DNA of 64,000 nucleotides from an uncultured Candidatus Saccharibacteria bacterium. Lineage in GTDB: Bacteria > Patescibacteriota > Minisyncoccia > Phycocordibacterales > UBA9973. The notes beneath the pieces are model-generated. The model was not told the origin of the DNA. It worked only from the letters and a program-made list of their open reading frames with translations, and searched no databases. Shown here piece after piece: positions 19,740 to 28,723 of the stretch; positions within the stretch are counted from its first letter, which is position 1; every line of letters starts with the position of its first letter. The translations under genes and the position numbers were made by a program. The DNA lies in assembly GCA_964496425.1 (NCBI GenBank), contig CAZBZO010000001.1, forward strand, positions 205,744 to 269,743, in the 5' to 3' direction.

Positions 19740-20279
19740 TTAAAATGAAGGTGTTTTAGAGATATTGTAAAGTCCAGGCGGCGGTATGCCTACTTCAAGT
19801 ACAGGGAATGGTATGTTTCCAGATGGAGTTGGAATCCAGCAATCGCTAAAATTAGGGATCCGAGTGCTTTTGCCTAAAATCCAGGTTCCCGGTACTGGGG
19901 TGGGCTTCTGTGGATTGAGTTGTGAAAACACAGCGTATGGTACTAAACTATAGACTGTAGAAATTGCTCCTGCCGTAATAAGCGCTGCTTTGCCGCCTTT
20001 TGAAATTGTGGAACCGTCCGTGTTTTTACCTGTGTGAGTAGGGAGTGAAGCAACATACCCTGTTCCCGCTGCTGAAGCTATAGCACCACCGATGTTACTT
20101 TTGAGGACAACTGGCCCCGTAATCGTTGGTATGCACATAACCCCAGGGATTGTTGGTGTTAAAATTTTCCCGCCAAAGCTTTTAGAGTCAAAACTACCAA
20201 ATGCACCAAAAACGATTGTTGGTAGAAGAGTCCCAGCAATAGCAAGCAGTATGAGTGTTCCTAGCGTGTGTTTACACAT
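19740..20279 (-). CDS. Small secreted Gly/Thr-rich hypothetical protein
   Basis: 179 aa with a signal peptide MCKHTLGTLILLAIAGTLLPTIVFGA. It is the first gene of the minus-strand cluster. Confidence 0.45.
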   Translation of the reverse strand: MCKHTLGTLILLAIAGTLLPTIVFGAFGSFDSKSFGGKILTPTIPGVMCIPTITGPVVLKSNIGGAIASAAGTGYVASLPTHTGKNTDGSTISKGGKAALITAGAISTVYSLVPYAVFSQLNPQKPTPVPGTWILGKSTRIPNFSDCWIPTPSGNIPFPVLEVGIPPPGLYNISKTPSF

Positions 20280-20350
20280 GTTTCTTAGTATACACTACAG
20301 AGCAAGGTGATGCATGAATTTTTTACAATACACTGCATATTCACAGCTTT

Positions 20351-21193
20351 TTATAGGAGTTTTGTGAGCGCGAGCCAGATTTGAAGTGTCAGATTTTCTG
20401 CACGGGATCTATGAGGAATGCTGAGGGAATCGAATGTTGCCCCTAGATTGACCCCGGACTCCGTAGTAAGATCTTTTAAGTTGCTCTGCAAAACTTTACG
20501 TTTGTGGGCAAATCCAGCATGCAAAATATCAAAAAACCGCTCCTCATCTATCGACTCGAAATTTTTCCGGGAAATATTCTCGATTGCCACAATTGCCGAG
20601 TCTACCCGCGGGGCGGGACTGAAATATCGCCGTCCTACTTTGGCGACATAGCGTGGAGTGCCATACGCTTTGACTGACAGAGAGAGTAAGCTCTCTTTTT
20701 TGTCGCGAGTGACGATACGTTCGGCGACTTCTTTCTGCACCAGGAGGACCATAGTTGTTGGCTGTTGTGGAGAAGTTAAAAATTTCCTGATGATGGCGCC
20801 AGTGATGTAGTAGGGAATGTTGGCAACAAGTGCGTAACGCGTAACATGTAATGTGGAACGTAAGGTACTTAGATCAAATTCTAAAATGTCGGCTTCAAGT
20901 AAAATAAGTTTTTTGTTTTTTATTTCGATTTTGAATTTATCTTCTAAATATTTCACAAGCTCTCGATCTTTTTCAATAGCAATGACCTGCCCGGCCGCCT
21001 CTAAGAGTTTTTCAGTAAGTGCCCCCTTTCCCGGGCCGATTTCAAGGACGGTGTCTTTCGACGTGAGCTTTGCGGCTCCCACGATTTGAGAGAGCGCGAG
21101 TGCTGATTTTAAGAAATTTTGCCCGAGTGATTTTTTGGCGTGCATATTAGTCAAAATAAATAATACGGTTTGGCGTATCGCTGCTCCCACCAT
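20351..21193 (-). CDS. rsmA: 16S rRNA (adenine1518/1519-N6)-dimethyltransferase RsmA/KsgA
   Basis: The KSLGQNFL and VLEIGPGKGALT SAM motifs are present. The true start is probably the internal Met at 21145 (MHAKKSLGQNFL), which abuts the pcrA stop. Confidence 0.85.
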   Translation of the reverse strand: MVGAAIRQTVLFILTNMHAKKSLGQNFLKSALALSQIVGAAKLTSKDTVLEIGPGKGALTEKLLEAAGQVIAIEKDRELVKYLEDKFKIEIKNKKLILLEADILEFDLSTLRSTLHVTRYALVANIPYYITGAIIRKFLTSPQQPTTMVLLVQKEVAERIVTRDKKESLLSLSVKAYGTPRYVAKVGRRYFSPAPRVDSAIVAIENISRKNFESIDEERFFDILHAGFAHKRKVLQSNLKDLTTESGVNLGATFDSLSIPHRSRAENLTLQIWLALTKLL

Positions 21194-23081
21194 CGTTCAT
21201 GGATTCTTGTTCGACGAGGGCTTCTGGAATATCGAATAAAAATTCGCTTGGCATATTGACCTGCTTTGATCCGTAAATTGTCCGCGTCATGGCATGCGAA
21301 AGGAAAAGTTTTTCTTTGGCGCGAGTGAGCGCGACATAAAAAAGTCGCCGTTCTTCTTCGGAGTCTTCGCCGCTTGCTCCGTCGCGCTTTTGATGTGGAA
21401 AAAGATCTTGTTCAAGTCCGACGACAAATACATGTGAGAATTCAAGTCCTTTTGAAGCGTGGACTGTCATGAGCTTGATACCGTGTGTGTCTTTTCGAAG
21501 TGAATCCTGATCGCTTGCCAGGGCGGCGTCTTCGAGAAGTTTCTCGATACCTTCTGGTATTGGCATGAAGTCATATTTTTGAGCGAGTGTCACCATCTCT
21601 TTAATATTTTCAAGACGTTCAAGATCCTGTTCGGTGCCGTCTTTGAGCATCGCCTCAATACCGGAGTGGTTCATAACATATTTTACTATTTCGCTTGGCA
21701 CTAATCGATCGATCTCGACTCGAATACTATTAAGCAGTGTATAGAAGTCAGTGATTTTTTTCTGCATGGGAGCGGGCAGTTTATCTTTGTGGCCGCTAAA
21801 GAGTTTTACGAGCGTGACCTTGCCGATGCCGCGGGCAGGAATGTTGATGATGCGTTTGATGTCAGCCAGATTGTCAGGATTGAGAGCGGCGCGGATATAA
21901 GCCAAGACGTCCTTCACTTCCTTTCGTTCATAAAACTTTGTACCGAGGACTTGATATGGAATGCCAGCCAAGAGCAGTCCTTCTTCGAGTACTCTGGACT
22001 GGAAGTTGGCGCGATACAAGACCGCAATATCTTCTTCCTTCACTCCCCGTTCAAGCATGGCACTTGCACGTGCAGCTACAAAGCCGGCCTCAGCGGCTTC
22101 GTCGTAGGATTCGTAGATACCGATTTTTTCACCCCCATCTTTTTGTGTGAAAAGTTTTTTATCAATCCGGAAATTATTTTTCTTGATGATTTCGTTGGCT
22201 GCTTCAAGAATGATTTTTGTTGAGCGGTAGTTTTCTTCGAGTAACACGATCTTGGCGCGCGGATAATCTTTTTCAAAATGAAGAATATTTCTGATGTTGG
22301 CGCCTCGCCAGCTGTAAATATTCTGATCAGTGTCACCGACGACGCAAATATTTTCTGCTGGTCCGACCAAAAGCTTGCCGAGCTCATATTGGACCACATT
22401 GGTGTCTTGATATTCGTCTATATGAACATACCGGAAGCGGTCTTGATAATACTTTCGTACACTCTCGTTGTTTTTGAGTAAGAGCACGCTTTCAAGCAGA
22501 AGATCATCGAAGTCAAATGCGCCGGCTGCTTTGAGCTTACTCTGGTATTTATCCCAGACTTCAGCCACTAGCTCTGAAAGATAGCCGTCAGCTCGCGCGC
22601 GGTATTCGGCCGCAGTGACAAAGTTTCCTTTTTCGCGAGAAATGATTCCCTTAAATCGTCGTGGCTCGTATTGTTTGGGATCAAGATTGCTCTCCACGAT
22701 GGCTTCTTTGACGAGGGCCACTGCGTCGCCTTCGTCGAGGATTGTGAAGTAGCGCGTGCGGCCGATCAGCCTGGCATTTTCTTTTAGGATGTGTACGCCA
22801 AGAGCGTGAAACGTGGAAATGAACGGTACACCTTCGATGCGTTCTTTGGCGAGCATGGCGAGGGTGCGTTCGCGCATTTCACTGGCTGCTTTGTTGGTAA
22901 AGGTAATTGCCAAAATATGCTCTGGCGCTATGCCTTGATGAATCAAATGAACGATGCGATGAGTGAGAGTTTTTGTCTTCCCTGCTCCCGCTCCTGCCAC
23001 GATCAAAAGCGGTCCATCGATCGTGAGAACGGCTTCTTTTTGCGGGGCGTTGAGATCTGTGAGGTAAGATGGTAGAGACAT
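21147..23081 (-). CDS. pcrA: UvrD/PcrA/Rep-family ATP-dependent DNA helicase
   Basis: 644 aa. Walker A is AGAGAGKTKTLTHR, a DEYQDTN motif is present, and the helicase motifs run through to the C-terminus. Confidence 0.9.
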   Translation of the reverse strand: MSLPSYLTDLNAPQKEAVLTIDGPLLIVAGAGAGKTKTLTHRIVHLIHQGIAPEHILAITFTNKAASEMRERTLAMLAKERIEGVPFISTFHALGVHILKENARLIGRTRYFTILDEGDAVALVKEAIVESNLDPKQYEPRRFKGIISREKGNFVTAAEYRARADGYLSELVAEVWDKYQSKLKAAGAFDFDDLLLESVLLLKNNESVRKYYQDRFRYVHIDEYQDTNVVQYELGKLLVGPAENICVVGDTDQNIYSWRGANIRNILHFEKDYPRAKIVLLEENYRSTKIILEAANEIIKKNNFRIDKKLFTQKDGGEKIGIYESYDEAAEAGFVAARASAMLERGVKEEDIAVLYRANFQSRVLEEGLLLAGIPYQVLGTKFYERKEVKDVLAYIRAALNPDNLADIKRIINIPARGIGKVTLVKLFSGHKDKLPAPMQKKITDFYTLLNSIRVEIDRLVPSEIVKYVMNHSGIEAMLKDGTEQDLERLENIKEMVTLAQKYDFMPIPEGIEKLLEDAALASDQDSLRKDTHGIKLMTVHASKGLEFSHVFVVGLEQDLFPHQKRDGASGEDSEEERRLFYVALTRAKEKLFLSHAMTRTIYGSKQVNMPSEFLFDIPEALVEQESMNDGGSSDTPNRIIYFD

Positions 23082-23240
23082 AGAGATAGTAAATAGTTAA
23101 TAGGTAGTAGTAAATAGTAGGTAGAATAATATAATAAATTTTTATTAAAAAATTTAGATCATGCAGATTTGTACTTGAAGACTATAACATAAAATCCGCT
23201 CATGGCGGATTTTATGTTTCTTTTCAGTATGTAGATTTAT

Positions 23241-23540
23241 TTATTTGCCCATCACTTTGAGTGTTTCATCACGGAAGCGGCTGGCTTCTTCGGTTACGAT
23301 AGCATCGAATGTCGAGACATGACTGCGAATATAACCGAAAACGTCTTCAAAACTGGCATTGTCGTCAAATAATTTCTCAAGTTCACCTTTTTCTGTATCA
23401 GAAAGTACGTCGAATACTCGCGCCATGACTTCTTGGAAAATAATACTTCCGACCCGCATCAGTACTTCTTCGCGCTTTTCTTCTGGAAGTGCGCTGATAC
23501 CGAGTGCGTCAATGATTTGTTTTTGTAGTTGTGGGTCCAT
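23241..23540 (-). CDS. Small acidic hypothetical protein
   Basis: 99 aa ORF with a terminator hairpin downstream. No motifs. Confidence 0.4.
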   Translation of the reverse strand: MDPQLQKQIIDALGISALPEEKREEVLMRVGSIIFQEVMARVFDVLSDTEKGELEKLFDDNASFEDVFGYIRSHVSTFDAIVTEEASRFRDETLKVMGK

Positions 23541-23578
23541 ATATATATTATTCTACTACGTTATATTTTTTTACCAAA

Positions 23579-26500
23579 TTATTGTCGGACACTCTTCGGC
23601 AAAGTTACTCGTTCCATAATTTTCTTCAATGCATCCCACATGGAATCATTCGGAGCGTTTGACGCAAATGTTTCAAGAGTTTTTGTTCCTACCACTTTTT
23701 CTATATGAGCAGCAGCTGCCGAACTACTATCGGCCGCTTCATGATTTTTTACATAATCACTTGCCGTAAGTTTTTTTAAATCCTTTTCCCATCCTTCTAC
23801 TTGTTTTTCAGGGAAGCTTTCATTCTCGGCTGCAGCAAAAGAAATCAAATCTCGGTGAGCGGCAATTTCTTTGAGTTCGTTGAGTCTATCAGTATCCAGA
23901 TCCTCAAGTGGGGGTAATTGTTTGTTTTCAATAAGACTCCACAGTTCATCATCCGTAAAATATTTGTCAGCATTTATCAGCATAGCGATCGATCCTGATG
24001 TGAGACGATCAGGAGACTCGAGTTTCCCTTCCCCGATCAAAGCATCCACTTGGCTCTTAGTCATCCCTTCGAGATTTTGTAGCCGAGTGTCGACTTTTGC
24101 AGCACTAGTTTCTGATGTTTGTGTGCCGTCTGTTTTCTGTGCACCTTTTTCAATCGGCTCATCAAAAGCTTTTTCAGGATCTTTTTGCGGTGTTCCTTTT
24201 GACGAGACTTTTGGTTTGCTTTGCTCGGTATTGATTTCGTCTGCTGGTGCTTTTTCGGGTACCGTTTTCGCATCTTCGCGCATCTCATGGATCTCTTCCG
24301 CGGTCACATCTGGATGACCCTCTATGCCAGTTTCTACCGTGTTGCCATCTGCATCAACGACTTCGTGCATACCATCAGCGTGTACTATTTTGAGTATTGT
24401 TTCTTCGCTTTGAAGCTGTGAAAATTTTTCTACCTCCTTAAGATCAATCGCTCCGGCATGTTTAATAAGCTCACTGCGAAGCTCATTGAACTCCTCGGGC
24501 TTCAGTATGTCGATCTGTCCTGTTTTCCAGTCTACCTTGAATACATCTTTATAATCAGCTGCCTTAAATCCAGCTACATCACGACCTTGCCCAAGCTCTG
24601 CCATATTGTCCGCAATATTTATACTTTCGTCTATGTCGGCAGGTTCTGGACCGCTATCAGGAAGTGCCATGCCGTCGAGGGCAAGCGCTTGGAGGGCATG
24701 CTGTCCGTATTGTGAGACGCCGTTTTCTCCAAGCACCAAATGCATTTGTACTTTTATTTCATGTCCCGAAAGTCCTTCTTTAGCAAGCTCTGCGAGTCGC
24801 TCTGCTTCTTGAACGGCAGCAGCAGCTTTTTCTGCGGCCTCTGTGGTTTCTGTTTTTGTCTCGCCAACCACTTCTTTTGTTTCACCTTTTTCTGCTTGAT
24901 TTCCAGAAGGATTATCTGTTTTCTCGCCTTCTGTATGTATCGGATCAACTGCGCCCTGTTCTGTGGTTTCATGACTATCTGATACGTCTTTATCACCATC
25001 CCCAAAAAACTTTTCAACCCACGAAGTGGGTACTCGAATTCCTGTTCCGGGAATTTGAACTTTTCCTTCTATTGGTGCACCTGACCCTCCTCGAATCATT
25101 TGGCTTTGGTGCCAGCCAAATTGATCTCTGATTTTATCGAATCGCCTATCAATTAAATTATCATCCGTGTTTGTATTTTCTGGAATAATTTCCGTTTGGG
25201 TAACGGCTTGGCCACCTTTAAGATCGGTGTGGTGTGTCTCTGGAGTAGGTACAGTTGTGTATTCTGTCTGAGGTGTATATCCCGGCTGGATATAACCTGC
25301 AGGTTCCGTAATCGGAGCTCCTGACCCTCCTCTAATCATTTGGCTTTGTTCCCTATCAAATGGATTTATTTTTTGTACAAGTCTACCCAACCAATTTGAT
25401 CTTTGAATAATATTTTTATCTGGTTCTGCGATGTCATTTCTCCCTATACCTCGATCTCCTGTTTGTTCACGATAGTCTCCTGGATAATCATCGCTTAATT
25501 TTCCTTCTATCGTACGTGCAACCTCTGCCGTCGGTAGTCCGTGTTCACGATTCCATAGTTGAGCCTTTTCGATTTCTTGTTCTGTTCCAATGCCAAATGC
25601 TTTGAGTTCGGTCTGGGCAACATAGGAAACGCCAAATGCGGCAGCGCCCATAAGGCCGCCCTTGACGATGTTTTTTGCCCACCGTGCGTTTCGTTTTATC
25701 TTAGAAGCTTTCTCAAAATTTGTTTGAATGGTACCTAGCTTGTCATATACTAATCCTTCGGTAAATTTCGCTCGCGCTTTCTCATCTTCATTATATTTAT
25801 TAAGAATTGCGTCGAGCCCTTGGTTGAGTTTGCGCAGTACTGGTTTTGTAAATGCGGTGAGTCCAAAGGATGTGGCCGCCGAGCGGGTCAAACGCCAGCC
25901 CCAAACACCTACCCCGCCGACTCCTGCTCCTATACCAACTGAGCCTGCGGCAAAGAGTACTACAGTAGAGACTCCAAACGTCACCCCGAGTTTGGCAAGC
26001 TTCTTTCCAGTCCAGGCAAGTGCATTTTTCTTTCCAAGCTCTTTGTCGTCCGATGTATACCAGCCCATAAAAGCCTTGTAGCCTTTTTTGAATGCCCCAT
26101 CCTCACTGTGTTTAGCCTGAGTTAAGAGATTATTTTCCATGTCAGCACGGTCGTAGATTTCCGTGGACATAAAGGTAGTGAATTCCGCAGTCTTTTCTAT
26201 CAGTGGGCCGGTTTCAGTCAGCTCTTCACGTTTTTGAGCAATCAATTTTTCTAAATATGCCTCACGAGCAGCTTCATATGCTTTTTTGTTTTCAATAACC
26301 TCATCCTCTTTTTTGAAATATTCATCGTTAAGCGGGCTTTTTCTACCAAAATCCGCCGCCGCTTTTTTAGCTGCTTGGGCAGCTTTAATACTTGTTGCAT
26401 ACTTTCCACGAAGTTCTGCAAGCTCGCGGTCGAGCTCTTCCTTTAATTCTTGATTTCGTTTCTGTTGTGCAAGGGTATTCTCTTCTTGTATTCTTTTTAT

Positions 26501-26788
26501 TTCTAATGCTTCGGCGGTACTTTTCGCCTTTTTTTCTTCTTTACTCTCTTTTTTCTTTCCAGTTGGAGCAGTGGGAGTGATAGGAGGAGTGGGAGGTGTA
26601 CCAGAACCAGCTCCTATTCTTTCAAAAATAGCTTCAAGAACATGGTCCTCCACTCCAAAACCCTTGAGTCTATTCTTGATTGTTTCAGGACTGTCACCCG
26701 CGTCTTTAGCAATAGTAATATCTCCCATCAAGTCATTGATGAGCTCTTCTTCCTGTGGAGTTAGTATTTTGGGTTTTGGTTCTGGCAT
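23579..26788 (-). CDS. Large orphan protein with coiled-coil regions, two TM helices and an internal duplicated QSQMIRGGSGAPI module
   Basis: 1069 aa. TM helices lie at about residues 270-300 (GVSTVVLFAAGSVGIGAGVGGVGVWGW) and about 370-390. The duplicated peptide matches a DNA repeat near 25080 and 25320 (gctcctgaccctcctc(g/t)aatcatttggctttg). Confidence 0.55.
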   Translation of the reverse strand: MPEPKPKILTPQEEELINDLMGDITIAKDAGDSPETIKNRLKGFGVEDHVLEAIFERIGAGSGTPPTPPITPTAPTGKKKESKEEKKAKSTAEALEIKRIQEENTLAQQKRNQELKEELDRELAELRGKYATSIKAAQAAKKAAADFGRKSPLNDEYFKKEDEVIENKKAYEAAREAYLEKLIAQKREELTETGPLIEKTAEFTTFMSTEIYDRADMENNLLTQAKHSEDGAFKKGYKAFMGWYTSDDKELGKKNALAWTGKKLAKLGVTFGVSTVVLFAAGSVGIGAGVGGVGVWGWRLTRSAATSFGLTAFTKPVLRKLNQGLDAILNKYNEDEKARAKFTEGLVYDKLGTIQTNFEKASKIKRNARWAKNIVKGGLMGAAAFGVSYVAQTELKAFGIGTEQEIEKAQLWNREHGLPTAEVARTIEGKLSDDYPGDYREQTGDRGIGRNDIAEPDKNIIQRSNWLGRLVQKINPFDREQSQMIRGGSGAPITEPAGYIQPGYTPQTEYTTVPTPETHHTDLKGGQAVTQTEIIPENTNTDDNLIDRRFDKIRDQFGWHQSQMIRGGSGAPIEGKVQIPGTGIRVPTSWVEKFFGDGDKDVSDSHETTEQGAVDPIHTEGEKTDNPSGNQAEKGETKEVVGETKTETTEAAEKAAAAVQEAERLAELAKEGLSGHEIKVQMHLVLGENGVSQYGQHALQALALDGMALPDSGPEPADIDESINIADNMAELGQGRDVAGFKAADYKDVFKVDWKTGQIDILKPEEFNELRSELIKHAGAIDLKEVEKFSQLQSEETILKIVHADGMHEVVDADGNTVETGIEGHPDVTAEEIHEMREDAKTVPEKAPADEINTEQSKPKVSSKGTPQKDPEKAFDEPIEKGAQKTDGTQTSETSAAKVDTRLQNLEGMTKSQVDALIGEGKLESPDRLTSGSIAMLINADKYFTDDELWSLIENKQLPPLEDLDTDRLNELKEIAAHRDLISFAAAENESFPEKQVEGWEKDLKKLTASDYVKNHEAADSSSAAAAHIEKVVGTKTLETFASNAPNDSMWDALKKIMERVTLPKSVRQ

Positions 26789-26816
26789 AGTCTCCGTTTG
26801 TATTTCTTATAGTAAT

Positions 26817-28613
26817 CTAAAAAAGCTTTTTGATAAACTTCCAAGCTTTTCCAGCTATACTTTCCTCTTTTCCGTTATGCGTATCTTCATCATCATACCC
26901 TTCCTCGGTGGTCATGTCTTCTTCTGGTATTCTACCGAATTCGTTAAGTGCTTCGTGATACTCTTTTTCTACTTCAAGAATTTTGGATTCCAGCTCTTCT
27001 ATTTTTTCATTTGGTATTTTTCCCTGACTCTCCAATTGCTTATACTCCTCATATATATTTTTTTGCAATTCTTTGGCCTTTTCGAGTGTCATTGTTTGAG
27101 CACTTCGAAGATCTAAATTATTTTCGATTATTTGGTTATCTGGTCCCACTAGACGAAATCGAGCTTTCGGGTCATCTATTATAATTACTCTTTCTTTATT
27201 TCGTATCTCATCTACATTCTCTACTTGTATTAGGAACCCGTTTAAAGTTAACTCATATGTACTATTTTTCCCTAACATCTTATAGTAACCCCATAAAGTA
27301 ATATCTTCATACTGTTGGTCTGTTTTGTTTTCATCGGCTAGACCGATTATTGATTGGACAACAGGATCAACCTTGTCCGCCGTAAACCACTTTAATGGAT
27401 TTGCTTTCCTGTCTTTAAGTTCGGTGATCGGATCTTCCAGTGTAGAAATTAACGGATTGAGAGTACGGCGAAACATTCTCAGCCACTCTTCATTTTGTGG
27501 ATCAGTCCCACTCGCTTCTTCAATTGCTATATCAATATTTTCTTTTTCTTTGAGGAGATTATTGTAAAATTGAATCTTATCTTGGGCCTCTGCGAATTCC
27601 AATTCAGGAATAGTATGGGTAGTATTTTGGTCCTCCATTGTTGGCTCTTGAGAAGGTATGGCAGTATTGCCTGGCGCCTGATTTTGCTGAAACGCGGCTA
27701 CTCTTTTTTTCATTGACTCATACGCTTCTATTTTTTTCTGTATATTTTCATATGCAAGTCTGCGCTTCTCTTCAGGATTTTCAGATACATCATTTTTATT
27801 TTGTTCAAAGTATTTAGTGATGTCGTTTAAAATATGATTACTCCGTGCAATCCAAGGATACAAAGCTTGCTTAGTAGCCTCATCACTATTCTCGATTTCA
27901 ACAATGCTATTTTTTATTTCATTCCCAATCTCCTTTAACGTTGCACTATCTTTGGAAACTATTGATCTGCTCACAATGCGATCAAAACGCTCAATGCGAT
28001 TTTGAATTTCATTTGCAGTATCTTTTGCTGCTTCTTTTTTGTTTTCCTTTCCTTCCCATGTATCAGCTCCTGTAAGCCCTGGCTCGACAGTCACTTCTGG
28101 CTTGGTGAGGTGGTTAATATTTTTTGTGTCGTTGAAATCTCTCGACAAATGTACATTGAGTGAGAGTAGGTCTTCAATGGGAATCAAATCTGACTTTTCA
28201 TGTTCTTCATCATTTCCATCTGCGTCCTTCTCTATAACTTTTTTGATTACTCGTACCAGTCCCCGATCTTTGTCAGCCTTGTCTTGCACTGTGTCCAATT
28301 CCCATTCTGTAGTGAGCTTTCTTTTTTCAATACTGTAGACTTTTCTGCCTGTCAGTAGGGGTAACTGTTTAACATTCTTTTGGAATTTTTTTAAATCTTT
28401 TTCTTTTTGAGCTTTTAATTTTTCTAGCGCCGCCTCTGCCTTCTCAAGCTCATTTTCGAGCGTAGCCAAAGTCGTGAGTTGTTCTGCGGTTAAGACACCT
28501 TCACTTCTAAACTTTTGAAGACTTGCGAGCTCTGTGACTGGATCAGGCGAAGAAACTCCAGTGCTGAGTTTATCAAAGAGTACTAGTGCGTTATCAGGAG
28601 TTTTTCCAGTCAT
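26817..28613 (-). CDS. Acidic coiled-coil orphan protein
   Basis: 598 aa, Glu/Lys-rich with heptad-like repeats. No catalytic motifs. Confidence 0.5.
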   Translation of the reverse strand: MTGKTPDNALVLFDKLSTGVSSPDPVTELASLQKFRSEGVLTAEQLTTLATLENELEKAEAALEKLKAQKEKDLKKFQKNVKQLPLLTGRKVYSIEKRKLTTEWELDTVQDKADKDRGLVRVIKKVIEKDADGNDEEHEKSDLIPIEDLLSLNVHLSRDFNDTKNINHLTKPEVTVEPGLTGADTWEGKENKKEAAKDTANEIQNRIERFDRIVSRSIVSKDSATLKEIGNEIKNSIVEIENSDEATKQALYPWIARSNHILNDITKYFEQNKNDVSENPEEKRRLAYENIQKKIEAYESMKKRVAAFQQNQAPGNTAIPSQEPTMEDQNTTHTIPELEFAEAQDKIQFYNNLLKEKENIDIAIEEASGTDPQNEEWLRMFRRTLNPLISTLEDPITELKDRKANPLKWFTADKVDPVVQSIIGLADENKTDQQYEDITLWGYYKMLGKNSTYELTLNGFLIQVENVDEIRNKERVIIIDDPKARFRLVGPDNQIIENNLDLRSAQTMTLEKAKELQKNIYEEYKQLESQGKIPNEKIEELESKILEVEKEYHEALNEFGRIPEEDMTTEEGYDDEDTHNGKEESIAGKAWKFIKKLF

Positions 28614-28723
28614 ATATTATGTTTATTATACTACAAAAAAACTAGTCAGTCAAATACCCCATAGATTACTTCTCTATTTTAAAACAATTCGGTTTAAATA
28701 CCTACTAAAACAAGAAATTTCTC

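Noticed and set aside
20351-21193. Long N-terminal extension of rsmA overlapping pcrA by 47 nt
   Set aside because: The conserved KSLGQNFL motif follows an internal Met at 21145, which abuts the pcrA stop. The longer start is probably an ORF-caller artefact.
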